The translations under genes were made by a program, and so were the position numbers. DNA of 64,000 nt, from the NCBI GenBank assembly GCA_965261085.1, contig OZ253442.1:1312001-1376000 (forward strand). Direction: 5' to 3'. Below the pieces are notes generated by a model. The model saw only the letters and a list, made by a program, of their open reading frames with translations. It was not told where the DNA came from and made no database searches. The stretch comes from a bacterium (GTDB lineage: Bacteria; UBA8248). Below, piece by piece: positions 8,422 to 18,339 of this stretch; position 1 is the stretch's first letter, and each line of letters opens with the position of its first letter.

Positions 8422-9108
8422 TCAATCGTTTCCGAGTTGGCCGACCGCCTCCTTGACCGCCGCCTCCCGCTCGGACTGACGCGCAGCGGCGCCCTCCCGC
8501 ACGGCGGCCACCATCGCCGGGTCCGCTCGCTCCGGGCTGCCGGAATCGAACGGAGGGCGCGGGTCGTACTCCATGCCGAGTTGTATCTTGCGGGCGGCTT
8601 CGGCCCCCAAATGCTCTCCAGCCACCGTCAAGGCGAAATCGATGCCGGCCGTGACGCCGCCGCCGGTGATCACGTTGCCGTCGACGACCACGCGCTCGGC
8701 CACGGGCACGCAACCGAAGGCGGCCAGCATCGGCAGCGACATCCAGTGCGACGTCGCGCGCTTGCCATGCAGCAGTCCCGCGGCGCCCAGCACCAGCGAC
8801 CCCGTGCATACGGAGGTGACGTAGCGCGCCCCCGCAGCTTGGCGGCGCACGAAGTCCAGCGTCTCTTCATCGTTCAGCAGCGGGTTCATGCCCGCGCCGC
8901 CCGGTATGCAGATGAGGTCGAGTTGCGGGCTTTCGGCAAAAGTCGTGGTCGGCAATATCTGCATGCCGCCGCCGGCCTTGACGGGCTCCAGCGTCTTCCA
9001 GATGAGATGGACGTCGGTGTCCGGGAACTTGGTGAAGACCTCGTACGGACCTGTCATATCGAGTTGGGTGAGATTGGGGAAGAGAAGAAGGCCAATCTGG
9101 AATCGCAT
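8422..9108 (-). CDS. DJ-1/PfpI family protein (isonitrile hydratase-like)
   Basis: TQLDMTGP, SVCTG catalytic Cys, GGVTAGIDF, EYDPRPPFDSGSP. Confidence 0.9.
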   Translation of the reverse strand: MRFQIGLLLFPNLTQLDMTGPYEVFTKFPDTDVHLIWKTLEPVKAGGGMQILPTTTFAESPQLDLICIPGGAGMNPLLNDEETLDFVRRQAAGARYVTSVCTGSLVLGAAGLLHGKRATSHWMSLPMLAAFGCVPVAERVVVDGNVITGGGVTAGIDFALTVAGEHLGAEAARKIQLGMEYDPRPPFDSGSPERADPAMVAAVREGAAARQSEREAAVKEAVGQLGND

Positions 9109-9189
9109 GGCGAATCGGGCCCCTTTGTTATTGGATATGCAGGTAGGTTATGGGCGGCCTGCGTTTGTGTCAAGTTGTGGATCAGCCCC

Positions 9190-9233
9190 GACCGAGGAGG
9201 GAGGGGCTGCCAGACCGAGGAGGGAGGGGCTGC
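9190..9233. repeat. 21-bp direct repeat, two copies (gaccgaggagggaggggctgc)
   Basis: Identical copies at 9190-9210 and 9213-9233. Confidence 0.8.
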
Positions 9234-9274
9234 TGCGGATGAGCAACACCCCGGCTCGCAATTCCTCGCTCTCC

Positions 9275-9466
9275 GGGGTTGTTGAAAAAGACCCCTTTTT
9301 AGAGAGTAGAGGGGACACCCCTTTCGACTGGTAAAAGCATCCCCCCTGTCCCCCCTTGTCAGGGGGGTAAAGGCGATGCCCCCCGACGAGGGGGTGGAAG
9401 AAAAGCCCCCCTGACAAGGGGGGACAGGGGGGTTGCTCCCTTGACAAAGGCTTTTTCAACAACCCC
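9275..9466. mobile_element. MITE-like element, 192 bp, perfect 16-bp terminal inverted repeats
   Basis: GGGGTTGTTGAAAAAG (9275-9290) and CTTTTTCAACAACCCC (9451-9466); internal inverted C/G-run blocks; non-coding. Confidence 0.75.
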
Positions 9467-9544
9467 TCTTCGCCCGGAATTGACCCCCCATGCTATAATA
9501 TCTCTCGAACCGACATCCCCCGCTCTCCTGCATGAAGGCGTCCA

Positions 9545-10759
9545 TTGGCATACCTCTCCTTCGCGTGGAAAAACCGCCGGTTTCTCGCATTCGGCCTTTT
9601 GCTCACGTTTTTTTCGTTCTTCGGGCAGTCGTATTTCATCGCCGTGTTCAACAAGGACATCAGGAGCGCCTTCGCGCTCTCACACGGCGATTTCGGCCTC
9701 GCCTACGCCGTCGCCACCGTATCGAGCGCCATGTGCCTGATATGGATTGGCCGGATGATCGACAAGACGAGGCTCAAGATTTTCGCCATCTGCGTTTGCC
9801 TCGGGCTCATCGGCGCCTGCGCGGCGATGGCGGCGGCGCCCACCTTCTGGGCTCTGTTGTTCGCCTTGTTCGCCCTGCGCTTGACGGGCCAGGGATTGAT
9901 GGTCCACACCTCGGTGACGAGCATCGGCCGGCATTTCGCCGCTGAGCGCGGACGCGCCATCAGCATCATCTCGATGGGCGGACCCTCCGGGCAGGCGGTG
10001 ATGGCGCTCGTGGCGGTAGGCTTGAGCGCGTGGTTCTCCTGGCGGCACATCTGGCTGGTGATGGCGGCCTTCTCCGCCCTCGTGCTGATTCCCTCCGTCG
10101 TCTGGCTGCTTGCGGATCATCAAGACGAACATTTAGGGCGTAAGACGCGCGCGCAGGAGGCGTCCGCCTCCGGACCCAAAGGGGTGTGGGGAAGAAGGGA
10201 GGTGCTCAAGGACTTGCGCTTCTACTTCATCATGCCCGTTTCTCTCGCTCCCTCGTTCATCGCCACAGGATTTTTCTTTCACATGGGGCACCTGGTGGAG
10301 GCCAAGGGGTGGAGCCTCGCCTTTTTCACGGGCGCGTATACGCTCTACACGGTCGCCTCCATCGGCTTGACGCTGCTCACCGGCCCCGTCGTGGACCGCA
10401 TCGGCGCGGTTAGAATTCTCCCCTGGCATCTCGCGCCCATGTGCGTCGGGCTCCTGGCGCTCGGGAGTTCTGATCACTGGATCGTCGCCGTCATCTACAT
10501 GATCATGACGGGGGTCACCGTCGGCGTGCGCATCACCATAGGCGGGGCCATCTGGGCGGAAATCTACGGGGTGGAGAATTTAGGGGCCATCCGCTCGCTC
10601 GCCACCTCGTTCATAGTGCTGTCCACGGCGCTCTCGCCCGTCGTCATGGGCTGGCTGATCGACTACGGAGTGAGCGTGGAGGCTCTCGCGCTCATGTGCC
10701 TGGCCTACGCGGTGGCGGCGTCGGTATTGAGCGGGGTGTCTCTCAAGATGCGGCGTTAG
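9545..10759 (+). CDS. MFS transporter
   Basis: About 12 hydrophobic segments; GRMIDK and GPVVDRIG MFS loop motifs. Confidence 0.9.
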   Translation: MAYLSFAWKNRRFLAFGLLLTFFSFFGQSYFIAVFNKDIRSAFALSHGDFGLAYAVATVSSAMCLIWIGRMIDKTRLKIFAICVCLGLIGACAAMAAAPTFWALLFALFALRLTGQGLMVHTSVTSIGRHFAAERGRAISIISMGGPSGQAVMALVAVGLSAWFSWRHIWLVMAAFSALVLIPSVVWLLADHQDEHLGRKTRAQEASASGPKGVWGRREVLKDLRFYFIMPVSLAPSFIATGFFFHMGHLVEAKGWSLAFFTGAYTLYTVASIGLTLLTGPVVDRIGAVRILPWHLAPMCVGLLALGSSDHWIVAVIYMIMTGVTVGVRITIGGAIWAEIYGVENLGAIRSLATSFIVLSTALSPVVMGWLIDYGVSVEALALMCLAYAVAASVLSGVSLKMRR

Positions 10760-10829
10760 GGGGAAAGGTTTTGTTCTGCAAGGCAAAGGGAGGTTTCTTA
10801 TCGGGCGGACCCATCTCTTTTATCACGGA

Positions 10830-11099
10830 TCACTCGAACAGGTCCGAATGCGTGCCCGTTCGGATGAGAGTAACCGAGTCCTCGGCCTCATCCCAGATGA
10901 GGAGCCAGTCGGGTTCTATATGACATTCCCGGCAGGGTGACCATTCACCGGACAGGCGATGGAGTCTGTTTTGTTGATCGATCGGTTCGCCGGCGAGCAA
11001 TTTATCGACGATGCGCATGAGCTTTTCGATGTCTTTGCCGCGTTTTCTGGTTCTTCTGAGGTCTCTTTTGAACTGCGTGGTTGCGCGAAGTTCACGCAT
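10830..11099 (-). CDS. yafQ: Type II TA toxin, YafQ family mRNA interferase
   Basis: FKRDL, HRLSGEW, RECHIEPDWLLI, RTGTHSDLF. Confidence 0.9.
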   Translation of the reverse strand: MRELRATTQFKRDLRRTRKRGKDIEKLMRIVDKLLAGEPIDQQNRLHRLSGEWSPCRECHIEPDWLLIWDEAEDSVTLIRTGTHSDLFE

Positions 11100-11373
11100 C
11101 GTCGAGTTCGGCGATCAACTCCTCGACGCCGCCATACGTGCTTAATCCTTCCTCGGCGCGCGCCTGCCGAATAGCTTCGCGGGTCTCCTCGTTGGGGGTC
11201 GGTTGCGGTGGCAGACCATGATGCGAGACGAGCAACTCGTAGAACAAGGGAATCGCCTTATAGAACAGCGTGATCGCTTCGGTCGGCGACAGACCGAGCG
11301 CGGAGAAAATTTTTTCGGCCTCTTGCTTCAATTCGGGATCCATCGGCGTGCGGATCATTTCCGTGTTGTCCAT
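11092..11373 (-). CDS. dinJ: Type II TA antitoxin, RelB/DinJ family
   Basis: ELKQEAEKIFSALGLSPTEAI...GLP...PNEETREAI; GGAGG RBS before ATG 11373; overlaps toxin start. Confidence 0.85.
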   Translation of the reverse strand: MDNTEMIRTPMDPELKQEAEKIFSALGLSPTEAITLFYKAIPLFYELLVSHHGLPPQPTPNEETREAIRQARAEEGLSTYGGVEELIAELDDA

Positions 11374-11527
11374 GGCGCGCCTCCTTTCCTTAAAAATAAT
11401 CGCAATATTGGGGAAGGTCAACATACCATCAACCCGCTCATGCGTCGTTAGGAGTCAATTCCGACCGAGAAGAGGGGGCGTGCCTTTTGTAGGGGCGACT
11501 CTCCGTGGTCGTCCGTCCCCCTTCCCC

Positions 11528-11836
11528 TCAACGCCCCCGTCGTTTGGGAGGAGCGAAGCGTCGCCGCCAGCTCGCCGTCTGCGAGCGGGTGATGCGGTAG
11601 AGCATGTAGCCGCCCCCGGTCACCGAAACCAGGATGAGCGCGAAGCCTATCGTCATGGCTTTCTGAAACGGCGTGGCGCGCCTGTTTTTTTTATCCGTCA
11701 TGCCTGCTGTTTTCTGCGCAGCGGAGGTTTTCTCCGGCTGCGGCGTGACATCTGGCAGCCAGATGAAGGGAATCGCCACCATCCCCGCCACGAAGAGGAT
11801 GGGCAGTATAAGGCGCGTGAGATAAAGACGAAACAA
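11528..11836 (-). CDS. Small two-TM membrane protein, hypothetical
   Basis: Two hydrophobic segments; GGAGG upstream of TTG start. Confidence 0.5.
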   Translation of the reverse strand: MFRLYLTRLILPILFVAGMVAIPFIWLPDVTPQPEKTSAAQKTAGMTDKKNRRATPFQKAMTIGFALILVSVTGGGYMLYRITRSQTASWRRRFAPPKRRGR

Positions 11837-12135
11837 GTTGAATAAACCTCCCTGCCGGAGAACATCTATCTACGAGGCCCTCGCGAAATCATCGACCACG
11901 TCGAAGAACTCCGGTAAATCTCTCATTCGGAATATAAAGGGTGCTGTCGCGGGAATCCACCCTTCCGCCGCCGGCGCGCGGCCGCGTGGCGCGTTTCGGG
12001 CCTTGTGGGTTCGGGTGGTTTCCGTTTCGCCTGAAATGTGATGATATTCGTGTTGCGCCTGCGGTGCGCGGGCGAGCGCAATTCTTATGAATTTTCCTCT
12101 GTTTTTCATGATCCTGGCGAGGGAGGCGGCAACGG

Positions 12136-12891
12136 ATGAAACGGCCGAGAATCGGAATCACTTGTGACGTGGGCAAGAGAAATTTCCCCGAAGAACCGAA
12201 GGTGCGCCCGCGACACGTGCTCATGGACGCCTACGTGGAGTCCGTCCTCAAGGCGGGCGGAGCACCACTGCTTCTGCCCGCGGTGGAGGACGAGCAGGCG
12301 AGCGTCTCTTTGATCCTCGGCATCGACGGCCTCATCATCTCGGGCGGCGGACACGACCTCGACCCCATGCTCTACGGCGAGGCGCGCCTTCCAGAGTGCA
12401 GCCCCACGAACCCCAAGCGCGAGACGGCGGAGATGGCCGCCTGCCGGGGGGCGGTGTCGCGAGACATGCCCGTGCTCGGCATCTGCGGCGGCATGCAGGT
12501 CATCAACATCGTGGCGGGCGGCACGCTGTATCAGGACATCCCCTCCCAGGTGGAGGGCGCGCTCACGCACCGGCCCCGGAACACGGATGAGAACACCTAC
12601 ACGTTTCACGAGATAGAGATCGGCGAGTCCATCTTGGGAGAAATTCTGGGAGACGCCTCGGTGGTGAACAGCCACCACCACCAGAGCGCGCGCGAGGTGG
12701 GACCGGGCGTGCGGGTTTCGGCCAGAACGAAAGACGGCGTCATCGAGGCCATCGAATGCCCCTCGCATAATTTCGTCGTGGGCGTGCAGTGGCATCCCGA
12801 ATCGATGTCGGCCTACGGCTACGCCGACATGGACGGAGCGGCGCAGCTTTTCGCGCGCTTCGTCGATGAGGCCCGCGCCTACGGGGAATAA
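12136..12891 (+). CDS. Gamma-glutamyl-gamma-aminobutyrate hydrolase family (peptidase C26, PuuD-like)
   Basis: LGICGGMQ, VNSHHHQ, GVQWHPE class I amidotransferase triad. Confidence 0.9.
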   Translation: MKRPRIGITCDVGKRNFPEEPKVRPRHVLMDAYVESVLKAGGAPLLLPAVEDEQASVSLILGIDGLIISGGGHDLDPMLYGEARLPECSPTNPKRETAEMAACRGAVSRDMPVLGICGGMQVINIVAGGTLYQDIPSQVEGALTHRPRNTDENTYTFHEIEIGESILGEILGDASVVNSHHHQSAREVGPGVRVSARTKDGVIEAIECPSHNFVVGVQWHPESMSAYGYADMDGAAQLFARFVDEARAYGE

Positions 12892-12980
12892 GAAGCACCA
12901 GGCGAGGGTGATTCTCGTCGGGATTCCACTTTTCATCCGCCCATCATTCATCTTGCGTATGTGATAAGCCAAAGAGAAGT

Positions 12981-14513
12981 ATGAGAATGCGTATTCAGCC
13001 ACTGGAAATCGACGTACCCGAAGACGATCCGTTCAAAAACGATCTGCTCGGACGAGAAGAGACAGTCAAGGTTCTCACCCATATCGTCCGTTCCATCGAG
13101 GGGCCGTGCGTTCTGTCGGTCGATGCGGCATGGGGAGCCGGGAAAACCACGTTTCTCAATATCTGGGCGCAGCACCTCCGCAACGAGGGGTTTCCCGTCG
13201 TCGGGTTCAACGCTTGGGAGACGGACTTCTCCGAGGAGCCTTTCATCGCTCTTTCGACCGAATTGACGGTGGGTCTTAATCAAGAATGTGAAAAATGTGC
13301 GGATGACTCGCTAAAGGAGTCGCTAAAAAAGAAGGTTAATGATGTAAAGGGCAAAGCGAAGGAGGTCGCCCGATCACTCATTCCGGGAATCATTAAGGCT
13401 GCCGCCGCTGGCATTCCGTTAGTTGGAGGCGAATTGGGCCAAGCACTTGCTTCCTTGGCTGAAGAAAAGCTGAACGCATACGAGAAAGCGCGTATGTCGG
13501 TCAAGGATTTCAACCGCACCTTAGGGGAAATGGCGAAATCCTTATCAAAATCGAGAAAAGACCGTCCGCTGGTCATGGTGATTGACGAGTTGGACAGGTG
13601 CCGCCCTTCCTACGCCGTCGAGCTTCTTGAAGTCGCCAAACACATCTTCGCCGTGGAGCATGTCGTCTTCGTGCTGGGGGTCAATCGCTCCCAACTCGCG
13701 CATTCGGTCAAAGCGCTTTACGGGGTTGAGTTTGATGCCTTGGACTACCTAGGCCGTTTCTTTGATTTGGACTTCCGCCTCCCTGAGCCCGACCGATCTG
13801 CGTTTGTAGACTCGATGATGAAAGAAACAAGAATAAACCATTACCTGATAGAACGATGCAAAGGAATCGCTGCTTCGGAAAGAGACGAGATAGGTGGATC
13901 TCAAGAGCTGTTGCATGATTTCTTGGGAAAGATTGATCTCAGCCTTCGCGAGATTGGACAGGCTATCCACCGGCTGGGGCTAGTGTTCACATCTTTACCA
14001 AGAGACCAGTTGTTGTTTTCTGGAATGATGACAGTGATGTTCCTGCTTCGGACGAGCGACACCGATCTTTATTATCGGTTCATCGACGGCGAAGTTTCCG
14101 ATCTTGAAGTTGTGGATGCGGTGTTCAATCGCCCCGGAATCAAGACTCTTCGACACACGCCTGGAGGTCAGTTTTTTGAGCTTATGATCATCGTAGCTGC
14201 GGAGGAGAGACAGAGCGAATTGAATCAGAGTGAGCAGATATTTGAAAATTCGCGTTTGTTGGAACGATATCGTGCAGATTCTATTGGAGTGGAATCTTCT
14301 GATCAACAACACGCTAAGATAATGATTGCAAAAATTAATGCTTTCAGCCCAGGCCATACTGGCTATAGAGGGTTCAAACAGGCAGTTGAGCGGATTGAAT
14401 TGCTCTCAACCGTTCTTATAGAGCCGGAGCCGTCGCCTCTTAAATACAATGCAAGTCTGAGCAAAGCGACTGGATCGGTCAATACTCAAGCCTACCCCAA
14501 GGAACCCTCCTGA
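12981..14513 (+). CDS. KAP family P-loop NTPase
   Basis: AAWGAGKT, FNAWETD, IDELDRCRP, YLGRFFD. Confidence 0.9.
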   Translation: MRMRIQPLEIDVPEDDPFKNDLLGREETVKVLTHIVRSIEGPCVLSVDAAWGAGKTTFLNIWAQHLRNEGFPVVGFNAWETDFSEEPFIALSTELTVGLNQECEKCADDSLKESLKKKVNDVKGKAKEVARSLIPGIIKAAAAGIPLVGGELGQALASLAEEKLNAYEKARMSVKDFNRTLGEMAKSLSKSRKDRPLVMVIDELDRCRPSYAVELLEVAKHIFAVEHVVFVLGVNRSQLAHSVKALYGVEFDALDYLGRFFDLDFRLPEPDRSAFVDSMMKETRINHYLIERCKGIAASERDEIGGSQELLHDFLGKIDLSLREIGQAIHRLGLVFTSLPRDQLLFSGMMTVMFLLRTSDTDLYYRFIDGEVSDLEVVDAVFNRPGIKTLRHTPGGQFFELMIIVAAEERQSELNQSEQIFENSRLLERYRADSIGVESSDQQHAKIMIAKINAFSPGHTGYRGFKQAVERIELLSTVLIEPEPSPLKYNASLSKATGSVNTQAYPKEPS

Positions 14514-16741
14514 TGGACAAGCGACTCGACCCCTACCGCTTCGACGTGGGCCGCGCCCGCGTGGAGCCTGAAACCCCCATCGTGGCGGGGGCGTTCTTTA
14601 CCAGGAAGATCATCTTCACCGCCGGAACCTACGGGGTGGACGAGGGCGCGCAGATACTCGTGTGCAAGCGTCTCTCGAGCGACATGGAGATCCCCCAGTT
14701 CGCGGACCCTGCGGCGTCGGGCTACGTGAGCGTCTCCTGCTCGAACTTAAGCGTCGGCCTCACGCTTTCTTATCAGGAACAAGGCTATCTCGATGATTGG
14801 CGCTCCGGCGTCGCCATCAAGGTGGCCAAGGGTTTTTTATGCCAAGGCGATGAGGTAACGCTCGTTCTGGGCGATACCTGCGGCGGCGGACCGGGCATCC
14901 GCGCGCAGACGTTCCCCGAATCCCGCCACACGTACAAGATCGTCGTGGACACCTTCAACCGCAAGCATTTCTACGAGTTGGAGCATGACCCCGAAATCCG
15001 CGTGGTGGGCGGCGCGCCCGAAACCTGGCATCTGGCCTGTTCGCAAACGCCAAAGCTCGGGGAGGAGTTCTCCGCCATCGTGCGCGGCGTGGATAGCTGG
15101 GGGAACCCGGCGGAGGAATTTACCGGCGAGGTGTCCGTCCGCAAGAGTCGCTCCAACTGGCGCGAGGAGGATGAGGCGCCCGGACGGGTGACGTTTTCCT
15201 TTGGTGACGGCGGTGTAAAGCGCGTCGGCGGCGCGCGGTTGACGGGCGAGGGGCCCTATCGCCTGCGTTTAGAGGACCCGGCGGGGCTGATATCTTTGAG
15301 TCCGCCGATTCTGCCCAAGGCTTCTGATGATCCCTATTCGCTCTTCTGGGGGGACATCCACGGCCAGACGCGCTCGACAGTCGGCACGGGCACGGTGGAA
15401 GAGTATTTCCGCTTCGCGCGCGATAAGGCGGGGGTGGACGTCGCCGCGTGGCAGGGCAACGATTTCCGCGTCCGCAAGGAAGACTGGGCGGAGGTCGTGC
15501 GCGAGTGTAAGGCGTTCAACGAGCCGGGCCGCTTCGTCACGCTTTTGGGCTATGAGTGGTCGGGCACGCGCGCAGGCGGCGGCGATTACAACATCTACTA
15601 CGCGGGCGATGAGGGGACCATCCACAGAAGCTCCCATGCGGGCGTGGACGATTTATCCGACGCTCATGAGGACAGGTTCCCCATCTCGGCCCTCTGGGAG
15701 ACCTTCCGGGGAAGAAAGGACGTGATGAGCGTCGCCCACGTGGGCGGACGGGCGTGCAATCTTGATTTTTTTGACCCCGAATTCGTTCACTTGACGGAAA
15801 TCCACTCCCATCACGGCACCTTCGAGTGGTTCGCCGAGGAAGTGCTCGCGCGCGGTTTCACGGTCGGCTTCATCGGCGGGAGCGACGATCACACGGGCCG
15901 CCAGGGGCTGGTCTACCCGAACCGCCGCTCGAACAACGTCGTCACCTTCGACGTCAAAGGCGGCTTGATGGGCCTTTATGCGCGCGAACTCACGCGCGAG
16001 GCCGTCTGGGAGGCGATGCGCGCGCGGAGAACCTACGCCACGAACGGGGAGCGGATTTATCTCAAAACCTCGTGCGGGGAAGCCTTGATGGGCGAGGCGG
16101 TGGAAGCCGAAGGCTCGCCCACGATTAAGGTCGAGGTCCACGGCACAGCGCCCTTGCTGGACGTGGAGCTAAAGCGCGGTATTAAAACCATCCACCGCCA
16201 TCCGGTGAACGCAGGCTCAGAGGCTGCGGGCCGCTCGCGCCGAATCCGCGTGCAGTGGAGCGGGGTGACGCAAAAAAGCGGGCGCGACAAGAAGGTCGAA
16301 TGGCGCGGCGGAATCGCGCTCGATAAGGGCGCCATGCTCGCCCACACGCCCTATGCGCTCAATCAGTACGACGACGCGATCACCCGTGTATCGAACAAGC
16401 TGCTCCGCTTCACGACCGCCACTTCGGGGGATCCCGACGGCGTGCTCATCTACGTGGATGCCCCCGCCGACGCTGTTCTCTCTTTTTTCAGCAATGTGAA
16501 GAGTTTCACGCTGCCACTCGGTGAGATTTCAACCGAGCCGACCATCATCGAAGCCGGCGGCGTGAACATCCAGATTCTCGTCGCAGAAGTCGCGCCGACG
16601 CTTAAACACTGGAGCGCGCGCTTTCAGTTCACCGACGAGGCCGCCTCCCCCGACGCCGTCAACCCCTACTGGGTGCGCGTCCTGCAAGTCGACGGCGGCC
16701 AGGCCTGGTCGAGTCCGATATATGTGAGGTGTAAGAGGTGA
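14513..16741 (+). CDS. DUF3604-like PHP-fold metallohydrolase
   Basis: WGDIHGQT, GYEWS, GGSDDH, RRTYATNG, AWSSPI. Confidence 0.8.
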   Translation: MDKRLDPYRFDVGRARVEPETPIVAGAFFTRKIIFTAGTYGVDEGAQILVCKRLSSDMEIPQFADPAASGYVSVSCSNLSVGLTLSYQEQGYLDDWRSGVAIKVAKGFLCQGDEVTLVLGDTCGGGPGIRAQTFPESRHTYKIVVDTFNRKHFYELEHDPEIRVVGGAPETWHLACSQTPKLGEEFSAIVRGVDSWGNPAEEFTGEVSVRKSRSNWREEDEAPGRVTFSFGDGGVKRVGGARLTGEGPYRLRLEDPAGLISLSPPILPKASDDPYSLFWGDIHGQTRSTVGTGTVEEYFRFARDKAGVDVAAWQGNDFRVRKEDWAEVVRECKAFNEPGRFVTLLGYEWSGTRAGGGDYNIYYAGDEGTIHRSSHAGVDDLSDAHEDRFPISALWETFRGRKDVMSVAHVGGRACNLDFFDPEFVHLTEIHSHHGTFEWFAEEVLARGFTVGFIGGSDDHTGRQGLVYPNRRSNNVVTFDVKGGLMGLYARELTREAVWEAMRARRTYATNGERIYLKTSCGEALMGEAVEAEGSPTIKVEVHGTAPLLDVELKRGIKTIHRHPVNAGSEAAGRSRRIRVQWSGVTQKSGRDKKVEWRGGIALDKGAMLAHTPYALNQYDDAITRVSNKLLRFTTATSGDPDGVLIYVDAPADAVLSFFSNVKSFTLPLGEISTEPTIIEAGGVNIQILVAEVAPTLKHWSARFQFTDEAASPDAVNPYWVRVLQVDGGQAWSSPIYVRCKR

Positions 16742-16751
16742 GGAGAACGAG

Positions 16752-18230
16752 GTGAGAGGATTTTTCGGCAAGCGGATTCTGGCGGTTCTCGTCGCGGCGT
16801 TGGCGTTGGGTTTTTTGGCGCAAACGGGGGTGTCCTTCGCTCAAGCGGTGGCGGAGAAGGGGGTGGTGAAGGAGGCTGTCCCGGCGAAGGTGGGGAAGGG
16901 GGCGGGTCAGGAAGCCAAGTCTGCTGCTGCACCTCCTAAACCAGCGATTCCTCCCGCCACGGAAGTCGAAATTCAGCGCCGCTTCAATGAGTTGAAAGGT
17001 GAACTGCTGGATAAGAGCGAAAAGGATGCGGCCACTCTTATCGAACTCAGGCGTGAAGTGTTGGATGACTGGGCGAGCACTGTCACGTGGTGGCTGACCG
17101 GTATCGCCGTATTTCTTGTCATTGGTGGTTTTATCGGAATTAAGATTTTCCGTGACATCGTAAACGATGCGCGCGAAAGTGCGAAGGAGGCCTCTCGAAT
17201 CGTAACCGATGCGCGAGAGAGTGCGAAGGCGGCCAAGCAAATTGTCGAAGCAATGGAGAAGAATCGGGAAAGAGCTGAAGATATACTTGGGCAACTAGCG
17301 ATCATTCTTTCTTCACCAGAGAATGACCTTTCCTCTCAGGAGGATGACAGCAGAGAGCAAACGGTTGAAGTCCAAGAACAGGGCAGTAAAAATGAAATCA
17401 TTGAAGCGTGGCGGAACATCGCGAAGGTCGCTGAAGGAAGCGATAATGATCTTGCTGCTAGAGCTTGGTTTTCGATTGGTTATTTGCTTGGACAACAGGA
17501 AAAGTACCAAGAAGCGATTGTCGCCTGTAACGAAGCTATCCGTCTGAAACCGGACTTAGCTAGAGCCTATAACAACCGAGGCATTGCGAAGCGGCGCATG
17601 GGCCAATATGAAGATGCCATTGCCGATTTTGACGAGGCGATTCGCCTGGACTCAAATTATGCTAGAGCCTATAACAACCGAGGCAGTGCGAAGCGGCAAC
17701 TGAACCAATATGAAGATGCCATTGAGGATTTCAATGAGGCTATCCGTCTGAAGCCGGACTATGCCTTTGCCTATAACAACCGAGGTAATGCGAAGCGGCA
17801 ACTGAACCAATATGAAGATGCCATTGAGGATTTCAATGAGGCTATCCGTCTGAAACCGGACTTGGCTAGAGCCTATAACAACCGAGGCAGTGCGAAGCGG
17901 CGATTGAACCAATATGAAGATGCCATTGCCGATTTTGACGAGGCTATCCGTCTGAAACCGGACTTGGCTAGAGCCTATAACAACCGAGGCAGTGCGAAGC
18001 GGCAACTGAACCAATATGAAGATGCCATTGCCGATTTTGACGAGGCGATTCGCCTTGATTCAGATTACGCTAGAGCCTACTACAACCGGGGCCTTGCGCA
18101 TCTGGCACTAGGTGACCAAGAAGCGGCGCGGTCGGACTTCGAAAAAGCGCGAGATTTAGCGCACGCGGCAAGTAATGAAACCCTCGTAACGCGGACGGAG
18201 CAAAAGTTACAAGAACTAGACGAACAATAA
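16752..18230 (+). CDS. Membrane-anchored tetratricopeptide repeat protein
   Basis: Signal peptide, TM segment (WWLTGIAVFLVIGGFIGI), about 7 TPRs (AYNNRG...YEDAI.DF.EAIRL). Confidence 0.9.
   Translation: MRGFFGKRILAVLVAALALGFLAQTGVSFAQAVAEKGVVKEAVPAKVGKGAGQEAKSAAAPPKPAIPPATEVEIQRRFNELKGELLDKSEKDAATLIELRREVLDDWASTVTWWLTGIAVFLVIGGFIGIKIFRDIVNDARESAKEASRIVTDARESAKAAKQIVEAMEKNRERAEDILGQLAIILSSPENDLSSQEDDSREQTVEVQEQGSKNEIIEAWRNIAKVAEGSDNDLAARAWFSIGYLLGQQEKYQEAIVACNEAIRLKPDLARAYNNRGIAKRRMGQYEDAIADFDEAIRLDSNYARAYNNRGSAKRQLNQYEDAIEDFNEAIRLKPDYAFAYNNRGNAKRQLNQYEDAIEDFNEAIRLKPDLARAYNNRGSAKRRLNQYEDAIADFDEAIRLKPDLARAYNNRGSAKRQLNQYEDAIADFDEAIRLDSDYARAYYNRGLAHLALGDQEAARSDFEKARDLAHAASNETLVTRTEQKLQELDEQ
17520..18092 (+). 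repeat. Near-identical 102-bp tandem repeats encoding TPRs
   Basis: gctagagcctataacaaccgaggc-type block recurs at 17559, 17661, 17763, 17865, 17967 and 18069. Confidence 0.9.
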
Positions 18231-18339
18231 GACACATAAAACCACATAACAGAATACGCCCCATCAATCCCCCTTTCTCTGCAAGGGTAAATTCCCCTTT
18301 CTTCGGGAAGCCCGACGGCAAGACGAGTCAAGGCGAGAA

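Noticed and set aside
11489-11515. GTAGGGGCG...CGTCC REP-like hairpin (similar start at 30855)
   Set aside because: Only two weak copies and no RAYT transposase in the window
17520-18092. TPR repeats as a diversity-generating retroelement template/variable pair
   Set aside because: Differences are not adenine-specific and no reverse transcriptase is present
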